The notes under the pieces were generated by a model. That model had not been told where the DNA came from and ran no database searches. It worked only from the letters and a program-made list of their open reading frames with translations. Position numbers and translations under genes: made by a program. From NCBI GenBank assembly GCA_051362555.1, contig CM120641.1, forward strand, positions 33,734,401 through 33,798,400: DNA of 64,000 nucleotides, written 5' to 3'. This DNA comes from Lingula anatina. Its lineage: Eukaryota > Animalia > Brachiopoda. Within the stretch, counting starts at the first letter, position 1. Each line of letters begins with the position of its first letter. Of the stretch, positions 1 to 12,675 are shown in pieces.

Positions 1-1092
1 ACCTGCATAATTATCACCAATTCCTAATTATGTGACACAGTTAAGAGAGCTTAACCTATAGGACTTGAATGGGAAATCTCAACGTGTTTTATGTAATCTT
101 TTTTAATGGGCACTTGAAAATTAATTAGGCAAGTAATTTTATAGCTCTGAATTTAGCTAGCGATTATCCCAAGGGACAATTACCACCATCCATAAACAGT
201 AGCCCCATATAGCACTCTATAGAGCTGCATTGCTTCCAAAACAGAAAACAATCACACTGATTTCCAACACAAGCTACACTTCAGTCCTATGAAACTTTTC
301 AGTAAGTTAGAATATCATAAGTAAAATGGTTTTTCCTTAATAGTCATCCCGGCAGCGATGTCCAAAATAGGGTTTTTTTCATGTTTTATGCAATTTAACA
401 TAATGCTTAACAGCACAATGACCATCAATTTTCAATAATAAATTTAATGTATCATAGCTATTCAAAAAAAGTGACTAGCAATGGTATTCAAGCCAATGGA
501 AGTTCAAAGACTAAGTCAAACCTTGAAAATGTCCATATGTGAAAATTTTAATTGTAACAAAAAACTATATAATTTCCAAGAAAGTCAACCGATATAACAG
601 GTTATCCAACTGAATCTATAATTTAGTGCTATGCTACATTTCTGTAAGTTTGAGAAGAGTAAGTGACTTGGTTTTCCTTTAATGGTCACTATAGAGGCAT
701 TGCCTAAAATGGGGTTGTCTTCAATTCTGATGCAATATTTCATAATGCTTAACAGCATAATGACCATCAATTTTTAATAATAAAATAAAGTATCATGGAT
801 ATTCAGAAAATTTGACATGAAAAGGTCTTCAGGGCCATGGAAGTTCAGAGTCACAACTTCAAAATGCCAAAATGTACACAAGAGATAACTGTACTGAAAT
901 GGATTTCTTTCCACTTTCAACACTTTTTTTTACATATATCAAAATAATCAATTTACTGTCGTTTTTAAATGATCAACTAAGAAAGTTGTTGATGACATAG
1001 GAAAAATATCAATAGAACAATTTTAAATGTCCAATTTGCTCCATTCTGAGATTCTGAACATGGTGAATGATTGAATCTGACAAATTAAAGAT

Positions 1093-2034
1093 CAGTGATC
1101 ATTTTACCTTTAAATATTATGAGTCCAACAGGACGCACATGATACTGAACAATGGGTCCCTGCCGATTGTGATGGGTCCCAGTCATTTTGAACAATAAAG
1201 GTTACCACAAAACTAACAATTTGTTACTTTTATTTTTTCAAGTTTCTTTATTTAAGCGATATGACAGTGACGAGTTTACTTCAGTTCATATAGGCCTATC
1301 CACGGATCTTTCACCATCCCATTACGTTTATTTGCCGATGTACATGCATCACAATACATGAAATCAGTCCCATCCTCATTTTTTATACCTTAACCAAGCA
1401 TAGAGCTTTGTCCAGTGTTGTTTGAAGGAACGGATTTTCCTTTTTGACTCCGTTTTTGCCTCCGTCAAACATTCATCAGCGTCACTCTCACTCTCAGCCT
1501 CAACGGCAGTCACAGCAATTACTGTCTCAGAAGTTTTCTCTAACTCGGCTTAACTCTGTCTCACCTTAAATATATTCTATATTGTCTGTTGGCTACTGTC
1601 CATTAATAATTGCTTTTTCGGAAGCATGGTCGGATGGTCGCTGAGCAGACGAACACGCTGCGGAAAATCTATTTTAGTCGAAAATAGGTCAAGTGTAGAG
1701 TGGAGTGTGCAAAGCAGATGAACAGTTTTGCCATTACTAACAATTGATAGTATTTGCTATTTGATGCGTAAACAGCCAATCAGCTGGCATTTAACATCAA
1801 GTCTAACGGAAGCTATTGTAACAATTCAATACAACAACGGGAAAACGAACATGATTAACGTACTTAAATGACTAGTTTTTTATGCGGATCAGCGATGCAT
1901 ATGGACAGGTTATTTACGAATCTCACACAATTTAAAATCTTTGCGTCCATGAGGACGCATATGCTATAAAACTCTGCGTCTTAGGTAAAAAATGTGCGTC
2001 AGGGACGCGGGACGCAGAGGTAAAATGATCACTG
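1093..2034 (-). mobile_element. Internally deleted hAT-type DNA transposon (6-bp TSD) with a degenerate TTF-type zinc-finger transposase N-terminus
   Basis: 17-bp TIR CAGTGATCATTTTACCT at both ends, flanked by the direct repeat AAAGAT, interrupting HINE sequence. The minus strand from ATG 1627 reads (two stops early on) ...KRKIRSFKQHWTKLYAWLRYKNEDGTDFMYCDACTS..., the R-x-F-x3-W-x3-Y-x-WL-x-Y...C-x2-C pattern of ZnF_TTF in hAT/ZNF862-like transposases. Confidence 0.8.
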
Positions 2035-2789
2035 AAAGATATGAGTTTATTTCCATTTTTGACACTTTATTACACAATGCACAATAACAGGTTTACCATC
2101 ATTTTTATATAATCAACTAACAACATTGTTAAGATGCAGAAAAAGTCAAAAGAACACCTTTACATTACTTATTAGTTCACAAATGAGATTGTTTACATGC
2201 CTAAGAATTAAATCCGAAGAAAAAAGATTTATTTACAAACAAGGCAGCAAAGCTGTCAAATGTACAGACAAAAAACAGAAAATAAAGATGCAAAATAGGT
2301 CATTTTGATGCAATAATAAATAATGCTTATAATAGCACTGTCAGTCAACACTGAATTTTAATCATGCACAACAGGTAAAATGGTCAATAACATGAGCGGA
2401 CCCAGAGATATTTTCTGACAGTATTCCGAAGTATCTATTTTGATCCATCCTCCATTTTGATGGTCTTCCAACAAAAGAAAAAATAGATACCAGGCAATAT
2501 AAACTTAATAACCTGACTGACTTCCGGAAGACCCAGAAGATGGTCTCAATCTACCCTTTCAATAAGATTACAGTTTCAGGACCATGAGTTAAAATTCACA
2601 TGATGAAAGTCTCAATATTTGAAAAATGATGACAGTGCATAAAATAATATTACATAAGTAACATAATGTTTAAAGACATAAAAAACAATACAACTGCTTA
2701 TGTGGAAATACAGAAATGTCAGAGCCTCAGGTGGATGAGAGTTAAAAGTCACAAATGCGAGTGTTTGAAAAAAATTATAAAGGAAAACA

Positions 2790-2981
2790 TAACAAAACTA
2801 GAAAAGTGCTCCGAGGGTGCAGAATTCTGCCAAGGTAGCAATTGTTGATTATTATTGATTGTTGTCCTCTTTGGCCCACTTCTGACAGTTCCTGAAAATT
2901 TCAGCAAAATCGGTCCATAACTTTCTGAGTTATGTTGATGACAAACAGGGTTGAAAACATAACCTCCTTGGCAGAGGTAAA
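2790..2981 (-). mobile_element. Short HINE of a second family
   Basis: Minus strand begins TTACCTCTGCCAAGGAGGTTATGTTTTCAACC and ends CCTTGGCAG-AATTCT-GCACCCTCGGAGCAC-TTTTCTAGTT (subTIR + 3' hairpin + CTAGTT). Helentron architecture, but a different sequence from the main family. Confidence 0.65.
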
Positions 2982-3026
2982 TATAATTCCAATGAAGCTG
3001 CTATTCAAACTTTTAATCTTTGAGTT

Positions 3027-3027
<1 letters not shown>

Positions 3028-3068
<41 letters not shown>
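3028..3068. repeat. (AT)n microsatellite
   Basis: Direct reading of the sequence. Confidence 0.95.
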
Positions 3069-3075
<7 letters not shown>

Positions 3076-6000
3076 TTATTTGCAATATTAAACAAAATTC
3101 ACCTGCATAATTATCACTGCTTCCTTATTATTAATCTAGCAGAGAGCTTAACCTATGGGAGTTTACAGGGAACTATCAACAAGTGTGCTTTATGTAATCT
3201 CATTTAATGGCCGATTAATTAGGCAAATTACTTTACAACACTGAAATTAGCTAAGTGATACCCAAGGGAAATTTACAGACTGACCCTCTCAAAGGTCTTT
3301 CAGGCCCATAAGTCACAACTTAAGAAAAGCACAAAACAATAATGCACAAAATAGGAGACTACCAATTCTGATGCAATAATACATTATGTTTAACTGCACA
3401 GTCAACATCAAATTTTAATTTTGCACCAAAGAAAGTAAAAGCATAAGGCTTCAGGCCCATCAGAGTTCAAGTTTATACTTAGAAAGTGCCAGAATGAGAA
3501 AAATGAAATTTCACACAAAATTGCATAAAATTCAATAATAAATGATGACCCAATTGACCTGGCTTTCTAATTTGAACTACATGCCAATCTTAAAAATCAT
3601 ACTCATAAGTTAAATATAATAATAAATAACACAGTTTTCTTTTCATAATGTTTGCAGTAGCAGTGCAAAAAGATTATCGTCAATTTTGATGTAAAATTAC
3701 ATAATAAATTATAGAATAATTATCACCAATTTTTGATTATTGACTATAAATAGCATGAACATGTAGAAAATGTGATTACCATCCGGCTTCATGTCCATGG
3801 GAGCTCCGAGTCCCACAATGAATATGCCAAAAAAATAATGAATATTTCACTAAAATGTATAACTTCCAGAAAAAGAAGCCAATTAGACTGCTTTTCCAAC
3901 TCGGGCTGCATTTTAATCCTGTGTTTCTTTTTTGAAAGTTTGACAATCATAAGTAACACGGTTTTTCCATAATGGTCATCATGGCAGAAGCACCAAAAAT
4001 TGTGTTTTCTTCTATTTTGATGCAACATTACATAATGCTTAACAGCATAATACATCAATTTTTAATAATAAAATATATGTGTCATGGATTTTCAGAAAAT
4101 GTGACTAGCATGGGTCTTCAAACCCGTGGAGGTTCTAAGTCGCACCTTGAAAATGCCAAGAAGTGAAAAATTAAATTTTCACAAAAAACTGTTAAATTGC
4201 CAGAAAAATTTACCAAATAGACTGCATTGCCTACTGAAGCTGTATGTTAGACCCATCATTCTTTCCTGTAAGTTTGAGAACAGTAAGTTTTTTTTTCAAA
4301 TTTTGATGCAACATTACATAATGTTTAACAGCATAATGACCATCAAATGTTATTAATAAAATATTAGTAACATGGACATTCAGAAAACATGACAAGCAAA
4401 GGTCTTCACGATCATGGAACTTCAAAGTCACACCTTAAAAATGCCAACATGTGAAAAATTAAATTTTCACAAAAAACTGTTTTACTGCCAGAAAAAGTTA
4501 CCAAACAGACTGCATTGCCTACTGAAGCTATATTTTAGTCCCATGTTTCTTTCCTGTAAGTTTGAGAACAGTAAGTGACATGATTTTCCTTAAATGGTCA
4601 TCATGGGAGCAGTGCCCAAAATAGGGGTTTCTTCAAATTTTGATGCAATATTACATAATGTTTAACAGCATAATGACCATTAAATTTTAATTATAAAATA
4701 TTAGTATCACAGATATTCAGAAAATGTGACTAGCAAAGGTCTTCAGACCCATGGAACTTCAAAGTCACATCTTAAAAATGCCAAAATGTAAACAAGACAG
4801 CACTGTTCTGAAATGGGTTTATTTCCGTTTTTAACACTTTTTTAACATAAAACAAAATAAACATTTTACTGCCATTTTTTTATGACCAACTAAGAAAATT
4901 GATGAGATGAGAAAAGTATCAATAGAACAGTGTTAAATGTCCAATTTCCTCCATTCTGAGATTCTGAACATAGTGGATGATTGAATCTGACAAACTGCAA
5001 TGATATGAGTTTATTTCTGTTTTTGACACTTGATTACACAATACATGATAACAAGTTTACCATCATTTTTACATAATCAACTAACAATGTTGTAAAGATG
5101 CAGGAAATGTCAAACAAACACTTTTACATATCATATTACTTAAATAATAAGGCTATTAACATGCCTAAGAATTAAATCTGAGGAAATCTGAGGAAATGTG
5201 AAAAAACAGCATAACTTCTAAAATAATGCCCCGATTATGCTGATTTTCGAACTCAACCTGCATTTTAGTAAGACTGACCATTCCTGTGTGTTTACTGACA
5301 ATTGGGCTTTCTGTTTTTCTTATATTGTGTTTACAGTGTTGCATATATGCTGAACAATGAAAAAACCGCATAACTACTAAAATAGTGGCCCGATCATGCT
5401 GATTTTCAAACTTGACCTGCGTTTTATGAATATTCATCAGCTCTGTAAATATAAAGCCAAAAAGTAAAACTGCCTTCCACTTATCGTGTTTACAAGGAAA
5501 GTGCACGGCGCCGGCGACGGCATCGGCATCGGCGACGACAGACGCAGGTGATGGCAATATGTACAGACACATCTGTACATAAAAAAAGGCATAATTTCAC
5601 CAAAACTGAACTAATCGAACTTATTTTCAAAACTCATCTGTATTTTAGTAAATCTGATCACCCCTGTGAATTTCAAGACAATTGGCCAATTGATTTTCCT
5701 TGAAATGTGTTATCGGTGTTGCACATATGCTGAAATGTTGATAAAACAGCATAACTTCCATAAAAATGGCCCGATCAGGCTGATTTTCGAACGTGACCTG
5801 CGTATTATGAATATTCATCATTTCTGTAACATATAAGCCAAAAAGTAAAACGGTTTTTCGCTTATCGTGTTATCGGTGTTGCATTTATGCTGAAAAAATT
5901 GAAAAAAAATTATGTTATAGGTGTTATAAAAATGCTAAAAAAAGTGAAAAAAAAACCAAAATAAACTGCTTACTGACATTTTTATATGATCAACTAAGAA

Positions 6001-6076
6001 AATTGATGAGATGGGAAAATATCAATAGAACAGTGTTAAATGTCCAATTTCCTCCATTCTGAGATTCTGAAGATAG

Positions 6077-7618
6077 TACGGTAAAGTCTTGAAAATTTCG
6101 TCGTTCTTGAAAATTTTGTCGGCAGACGATTTTCCGCCGAGGTAATTTTTTTCCCTTTGAAAACTTCGTTGACCCTGAAAATGAGGTACTCGATAATTTT
6201 TGAAAAGGTTTGTCACCAAATATGGCCGCGTTGTCCAGCTCAAACATGAAGGTAATGCGTCAGTTGATTCAAGACAATGATACGTTCAGGATATCATTGC
6301 CGATTACACTCTCAATGGGAGATAGGAACAATAGTGCGCCCCTGCGAGCGGTTACTCACAATATACAGTAGGTGGTTAAGATGTGAATTCCCGTTCTTAA
6401 TTGCAGGAAAGTCGGCCTTTTGTCTCATTACTATTACCTGGCTCAAGGTGCGTTATCAAGCCGGCAAATAGAAGTCACAGGCCGTGGCTTTGTCATTTGT
6501 AACACTGTTATTGTTATCGGCGGCTGTCCTAAATGAGGAAGACACAATGAAAAAATCAAGATATTATCTCGAAGGGAAATGTACCCGTCACTTCTATTCA
6601 TGTCCATGTTCAATTTAGGACCATTTAACGATTACCTGGCTCGTACATGGAGATCGTTCGCAATGCGAATGGGACAAGATGGCAATTTTCATATCTTCAG
6701 CAGAGAATCTTTCGCGTAATATCGTCAACAGATCGTTCGCGATCCAGACGAGAAGATAATTTTCATATTTGTAGCGGACTCCGTTCGCGTAAGATCATCA
6801 GCAGGAGATTGTTTGCGATTCAAGAGAGACGAAAAGGCAATCTTCATATCTTCATCGGGAGATCGTACGCGATGTAAACGAGAATAAAATGCACTTTTCA
6901 TATTAGTTCAAGGGAACTTCGTTCGTGAAAGATCGTCAGCAGGAGATCATTATTTTAACCCCAGTCTCCCTTTGAATTTCATAAATAACATATATTTTTC
7001 ATTTTATCTTTAACCCCCCCCTTCTCCCGCTCACGGCATATCTTCAGCGGAGAATCGCGTAAGATCATCATCGCCAGATCGTTTGCGATGTAATCAAGAA
7101 TGAAATGCAATTTTTATATTAGTTCAAGGGATTTAGGGAACTTCGTTCGCGGAAGATCGTCAGCGGGAGATCATTATTTAACTCCCTCCCCCCCCTCCCA
7201 CACACACACACTTTGGATTTAAAAAAATCATTTTCATTTGATCTTTAATCAGCCCCCCCTCCCCCGCTCACATTATATCTTCGGCGGAGAATCGTTCGCG
7301 TAATATCCTCAGAACTTTGTTTGCGTAAGATCATTTCAGAGGGATATCGTTTGCGATCCTAGCTGGACGTAAAGGCAATTTTCATATCATCTTCGGGAGA
7401 TTGTTCGCGATGTAAGCAATAATAAAATGCAGTTTTTATATTAGTTCAAGGAACTTAGTTTGCGAACGATCGTCAGTGGGAGATCATTATTTTAATCCCC
7501 CCTCCCCCTTTGAATATTATAAATAATATATATTTTTAATTTTATCTTTAACCCCCCCTTCCCCACTCACGGCATATCTTCGGCAGAGAATCGTTCACGT
7601 AAGATCATCATCGCCAGA
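6077..7618. repeat. Unclassified CpG-rich insertion with degenerate tandem units
   Basis: Interrupts HINE sequence at GATAG|TACGGTAAAG. From ~6650 there are repeated units of the type ATCTTCAGCRGAGAATCGTTCGCGTAAGATC, and blocks ~6850-7080 and ~7390-7618 are near-duplicates. Confidence 0.6.
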
Positions 7619-7877
7619 ACATTGTTAGTTGATTATGTAAAAATGATGGTAATCTGTTATTGTGTATTATGTTATAAAGTGTCAAAAATGGAAATAAACT
7701 CATATCATTGGAGTTTGTCAGATTCAATCAGCTACTATATTCATTATCTCAGAATGGAGGAAATTGGACATTTAACACTGTTCTATTGATATTTTTCCCA
7801 TCTCATCAATTTTCTTTGTTGATTATATACAAATGGTAGAAAACTGTTTATTTTGTTTTATGTTAAAAAAGTGTTTT

Positions 7878-9768
7878 AACAAGGCAGCAAAGCTGTCAAA
7901 TGTACAGACAAAAAACAGGAAATAACTATGCACAAAATAGGCTACTGTCAATTCTGATGCAAAAATACATTATGTTAAACTGCAAATTCAACATCAAATT
8001 TTAATTATCCTCAACAGGTAATACCAATGTAATTAAAATATGTGACAAGTTTACACTGTGAAAATGTATAACTTCCAGAAAAAGAAGTTCCTTAGACTGC
8101 TTTTCCAACTCAGACTGCATTTTAGTCCTGTATTTCTTTTTTGAAAGTTTGGCAATCATAAGTAACATGGTTTTCCCATAATGGTCATCATGGCAGCAGC
8201 ACCCAAAATTGTGTTTTCTTCTATTCTGATGCAATATTACATAATGGTTAACAGCATAATAACTCAATTTTAATAATAAAATATACCTATCATGGATTTT
8301 CAGAAAATGTGACTAGCATGGGTCTTCAAGCCCGTGGAACTTCAAAGTCACACCTTGAAAATGCCAATATGTGAAAAATTAAATTTTCACAAAATAACTG
8401 TTTAACTGGCAGCAAGAATTACCAAACAGACTGTATTTCCTACTGAAGCTGTATTTTAGTCCCATGTTTCTTTCCTGTAAGTTTGAGAACAGTAAATGAC
8501 ATGGTTTTTCTTAAATGGTCATCCTGGGAGCAGTGCCCAAAATAGTTTTTTTTTTTCAAATTTTGATGCAATATTACATAATGTTTAACAGCATAATGAC
8601 CATCAACTTTAATAATAAAATATTAGTATTATGGATATTCAGAAAATGTGACTAGCAAAGGTCTTCAGGCCCATGGAACTTCAAAGTCACAACTTGAAAT
8701 AAAATATTAGTATCATGGACAAATAGTAAACGTGACTAACAAAGGTTTTTAGGCCGATGGAACTTCAAAGTCACACCTTCAAAATGCCAAAATGTAAACA
8801 AGACTGCACTGTTCTGAAATGGGTTTATTTCCATTTTTAACACTTTTTTAACATAAAACAAAATTAATAGGTTACTGCCATTTTTATAAGATCAACTAAG
8901 AAAATTGATGAGATGTGAAAAATATCAATAGAACAGTGTTAAATGTCCAATTTCTTCCATTCTGAGATTCTGAACATAGTGAATGATTGAATCTGACAAA
9001 CTGCAATGATATGAGTTTATTTCCATTTTTGACACTTTATTACACAATACACGATAACAAGTTTACCATCATTTTTACATAATCAACTAACAATGTTGTA
9101 AAGATGCAGGAAATGTCAAACAAACACTTTTACGTATCTTATTACTTAAATAATAAGGCTATTAACATGCCTAAGAATTAAATCTGAGGAATTCTGAGGA
9201 AATGTGAAAAAACAGCCTAACTTCTAAAATAATGCCCCGATTATGCTGATTTTCGAACTCAACCTGAGTTCTAGTAAGACTGACCATTCCTGTGAGTTTA
9301 ATGACAATTGGGCTTACTGTTTTTCTTATATTATGTTTACAGTGTTGCATATATGCTGAACAATGAAAAAAACGCATAACTACTAAAATAGTGGCCCGAT
9401 CATGCTGATTTTCGAACTTGACCTGCGTTTTAGTAAGATTGATTATTCCTTTGAGTGTCATGACAACAGGCCTAACGGTTTTCCTTAAAATGTGTTTACA
9501 AGGTTGCATATATGCTGAAAAGTGAAAAAACAGCATAACTTCTACAATAATGGCCCGATCATGCTGATTTTCGAACTTGACCTGCGTTTTATGAATATTC
9601 ATCAGCTCTGTAAATATAAAGCCAAAAAGTAAAACTGCCTTCCACTTAACGTGTTTACAAGGAAAGTGCACGGCGACGGCATCGGCATCGGCATCGCCAT
9701 CGGCGACGGCGACGACAGACGCAGGTGATGGCAATATGTACAGACACATCTGTGTCTGTACATAAAAA
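7878..9768 (-). mobile_element. HINE copy (minus strand)
   Basis: Both termini present. Flanks GTTAAAAAAGTGTTTT | AAATGGAAGTAAACCCATT reconstitute the host sequence seen intact at ~10690-10722. Confidence 0.85.
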
Positions 9769-9932
9769 TGGAAGTAAACCCATTGCAGAACTGTGCTGTC
9801 TTGTTTCAGCATATATGCAGCACCGATAACACGATAAGTGGAAAACCATTTTACCTTTTCCCTTGAAACTTACAAAACTGATGAATATTCATAATACGCA
9901 GGTCAAGTTCGAAAATCAGCATGATCGGGTCA

Positions 9933-12611
9933 TTTTTATGTACAGACACAGATGTGTCTGTACATATTGCCATCACCTGCGTCTGTCGTCGCCGTCGCCG
10001 ATGGCGATGCCGATGCCGATGCCGTCGCCGTGCACTTTCCTTGTAAACACGATAAGTGGAAGGCAGTTTTACTTTTTGGCTTTATATTTACAGAGCTGAT
10101 GAATATTCATAAAACGCAGGTCAAGTTCGAAAATCAGCATGATCGGGCCATTATTGTAGAAGTTATGCTGTTTTTTCACTTTTCAGCATATATGCAACCT
10201 TGTAAACACATTTTAAGGAAAACCGTTAGGCCTGTTGTCATGACACTCACAGGAATAATCAATCTTACTAAAACGCAGGTCAAGTTCGAAAATCAGCATA
10301 ATCGGGGCATTATTTTAGAAGTTATGCTGTTTTTCACATTTCCTCAGATTTCCTCAGATTTAATTCTTAGGCATGTTAATAGCCTTATTATTTAAGTAAT
10401 AAGATACGTAAAAGTGTTTGTTTGACATTTCCTGCATCTTTACAACATTGTTAGTTGATTATGTAAAAATGATGGTAAACTTGTTATCGTGTATTGTATA
10501 ATAAAGTGTCAAAAATGGAAATAAACTCATATCATTGCAGTTTGTCAGATTCAATCATTCACTATGTTCAGAATCTCAGAATGGAAGAAATTGGACATTT
10601 AACACTGTTCTATTGATATTTTTCACATCTCATCAATTTTCTTAGTTGATCTTATAAAAATGGCAGTAACCTATTAATTTTGTTTTATGTTAAAAAAGTG
10701 TTAAAAATGGAAATAAACCCATTTCAGAACAGTGCAGTCTTGTTTACATTTTGGCATTTTGAAGGTGTGACTTTGAAGTTCCATCGGCCTAAAAACCTTT
10801 GTTAGTCACGTTTACTATTTGTCCATGATACTAATATTTTATTATTAAAAATTGATGATCATTATGCTGTTAAACATTATGTAATATTGCATCAAAATTT
10901 GAAAAAGACCTATTTTGGGCACTGCTCCCATGATGACCATATAAGAAAAACCATGTCACTTACTGTTCTCAAACAGTACAGTTAATATGTACAGATGTGT
11001 CTGTACATATTGCCATCACCTGCGTCTGTCGTCGCCATCGTGGCCGTCACTGTCGCTGTCGCCGGCGCCATGCACTTTCATTGTAAACACGATAAGTGGA
11101 AGGCAGTTTTACTTTTTGGCTGTATATTTACAGAGCTGATGAATATTCATAAAATGCAGGTCAAGTTCGAAAATCGGCATGATCGGGCCACTATTTTAGT
11201 AGTTATGCTTTTTTTTTTCACTTTTCAGCATATATGCAACACTGTAAACACAATATAAGAAAAACAGATAGGCCAATTGTCATTAAACTCACAGGAGTTG
11301 TCATTCCTGCTAAAACGCAGGTTGAGTTAAAAAATCAGCATAATCGGGCCATTATTTTAAAGAAATGCAGTTTTTTCACATTTCCTCAGATTTAATTCTT
11401 AGGCATGTAAACAGTTTCATTATTGAACTAATAAGATAGGTAAAAGTGTTTGTTTGGCATTTCCTGCAATTTTACAACATTATTAGTTGATTATGTAAAA
11501 ATGATGGTAAACTTGTTATCGTGTATTGTGTAATAAAGTTTCAAAAATGGAAATAAACTCATATCATTGCAGTTTGTCAGATTCAATCATTCACTATGTT
11601 CAGAATCTCAGAATGGAAGAGATTGGACATTTAACACTGCTCTGTTGATATTTTTCCCATCTCATCAATTTTCTTAGTTTATCATATAAAAACGGCAGAA
11701 AACTGATAATTTTGTTTTATGTTAAAAATTGTTAAAAATGGAAAAAAAAAAACATTTCAGAACAGTGCTGTCTCGTTTACATTTTGGCATTTTCAAGTTG
11801 TGACTTTGAAGTTCCATGGGCCTGAAGACCTTTGCTAGTCACATTTTCTGAATATCCATAATACTAATATTTTATTATTAAAGTTGATGGTCATTATGCT
11901 GTTAAACATTATGTAATATTGCATCAAAATTTGAAAAAAAAAACTATTTTGGGCACTGCTCCCATGATGACCATTTAAGAAAAACCATGTCATTTACTGT
12001 TCTCAAACTTACAGGAAAGAAACATGGGACTAAAATACAGCTTCAATAGGAAATACAGTCTGTTTGGTAATTCTTGCTGCCAGTTAAACAGTTATTTTGT
12101 GAAAATTTAATTTTTCACATATTGGCATTTTCAAGGTGTGACTTTGAAGTTCCACGGGCTTGAAGACCCATGCTAGTCACATTTTCTGAAAATCCATGAT
12201 ACGTATATTTTATTATTAAAATTGAGTTATTATGCTGTTAACCATTATGTAATATTGCATCAGAATAGAAGAAAACACAATTTTGGGTGCTGCTGCCATG
12301 ATGACCATTATGGGAAAACCATGTTACTTATGATTGCCAAACTTTCAAAAAAGAAATACTGGACTAAAATGCAGTCTGAGTTGGAAAAGCAGTCTAAGGA
12401 ACTTCTTTTTCTGGAAGTTATACATTTTCAAAGTGTAAACTTGTCACATATTTTAATTACATTGGTATTACCTGTTGAGGATAATTAAAATTTGATGTTG
12501 AATTTGCAGTTTGATATAATGTATTTTTGCATCAGAATTGACAGTAGCCTATTTTGTGCATAGTTATTTCCTGTTTTTTGTCTGTACATTTGACAGCTTT
12601 GCTGCCTTGTT
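9933..12611 (+). mobile_element. Composite (dimeric) HINE copy (plus strand)
   Basis: Both termini present, with an internal second 5' head at ~10975-11070. Flanks CATGATCGGGTCATTTTT | TTAGGGAAGTTATGCTG reconstitute the host seen intact at ~16537-16570. Confidence 0.85.
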
Positions 12612-12675
12612 TAGGGAAGTTATGCTGTTTTTCACTTTTTTCACCATATATGCAACACTGATAACATGATAAGTG

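Larger units (their letters stand above)
2238..5585 (-). mobile_element. HINE copy (minus strand) inserted into an older copy
   Basis: 3' end AACAAGGCAGCAAAGCTGTCAAATGTACAGACA at 2238; 5' end with GGCATC microsatellite and shortened hairpin at ~5510-5585. The flanks rejoin to sequence resembling the uninterrupted copy at ~57765-57810. Confidence 0.75.
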
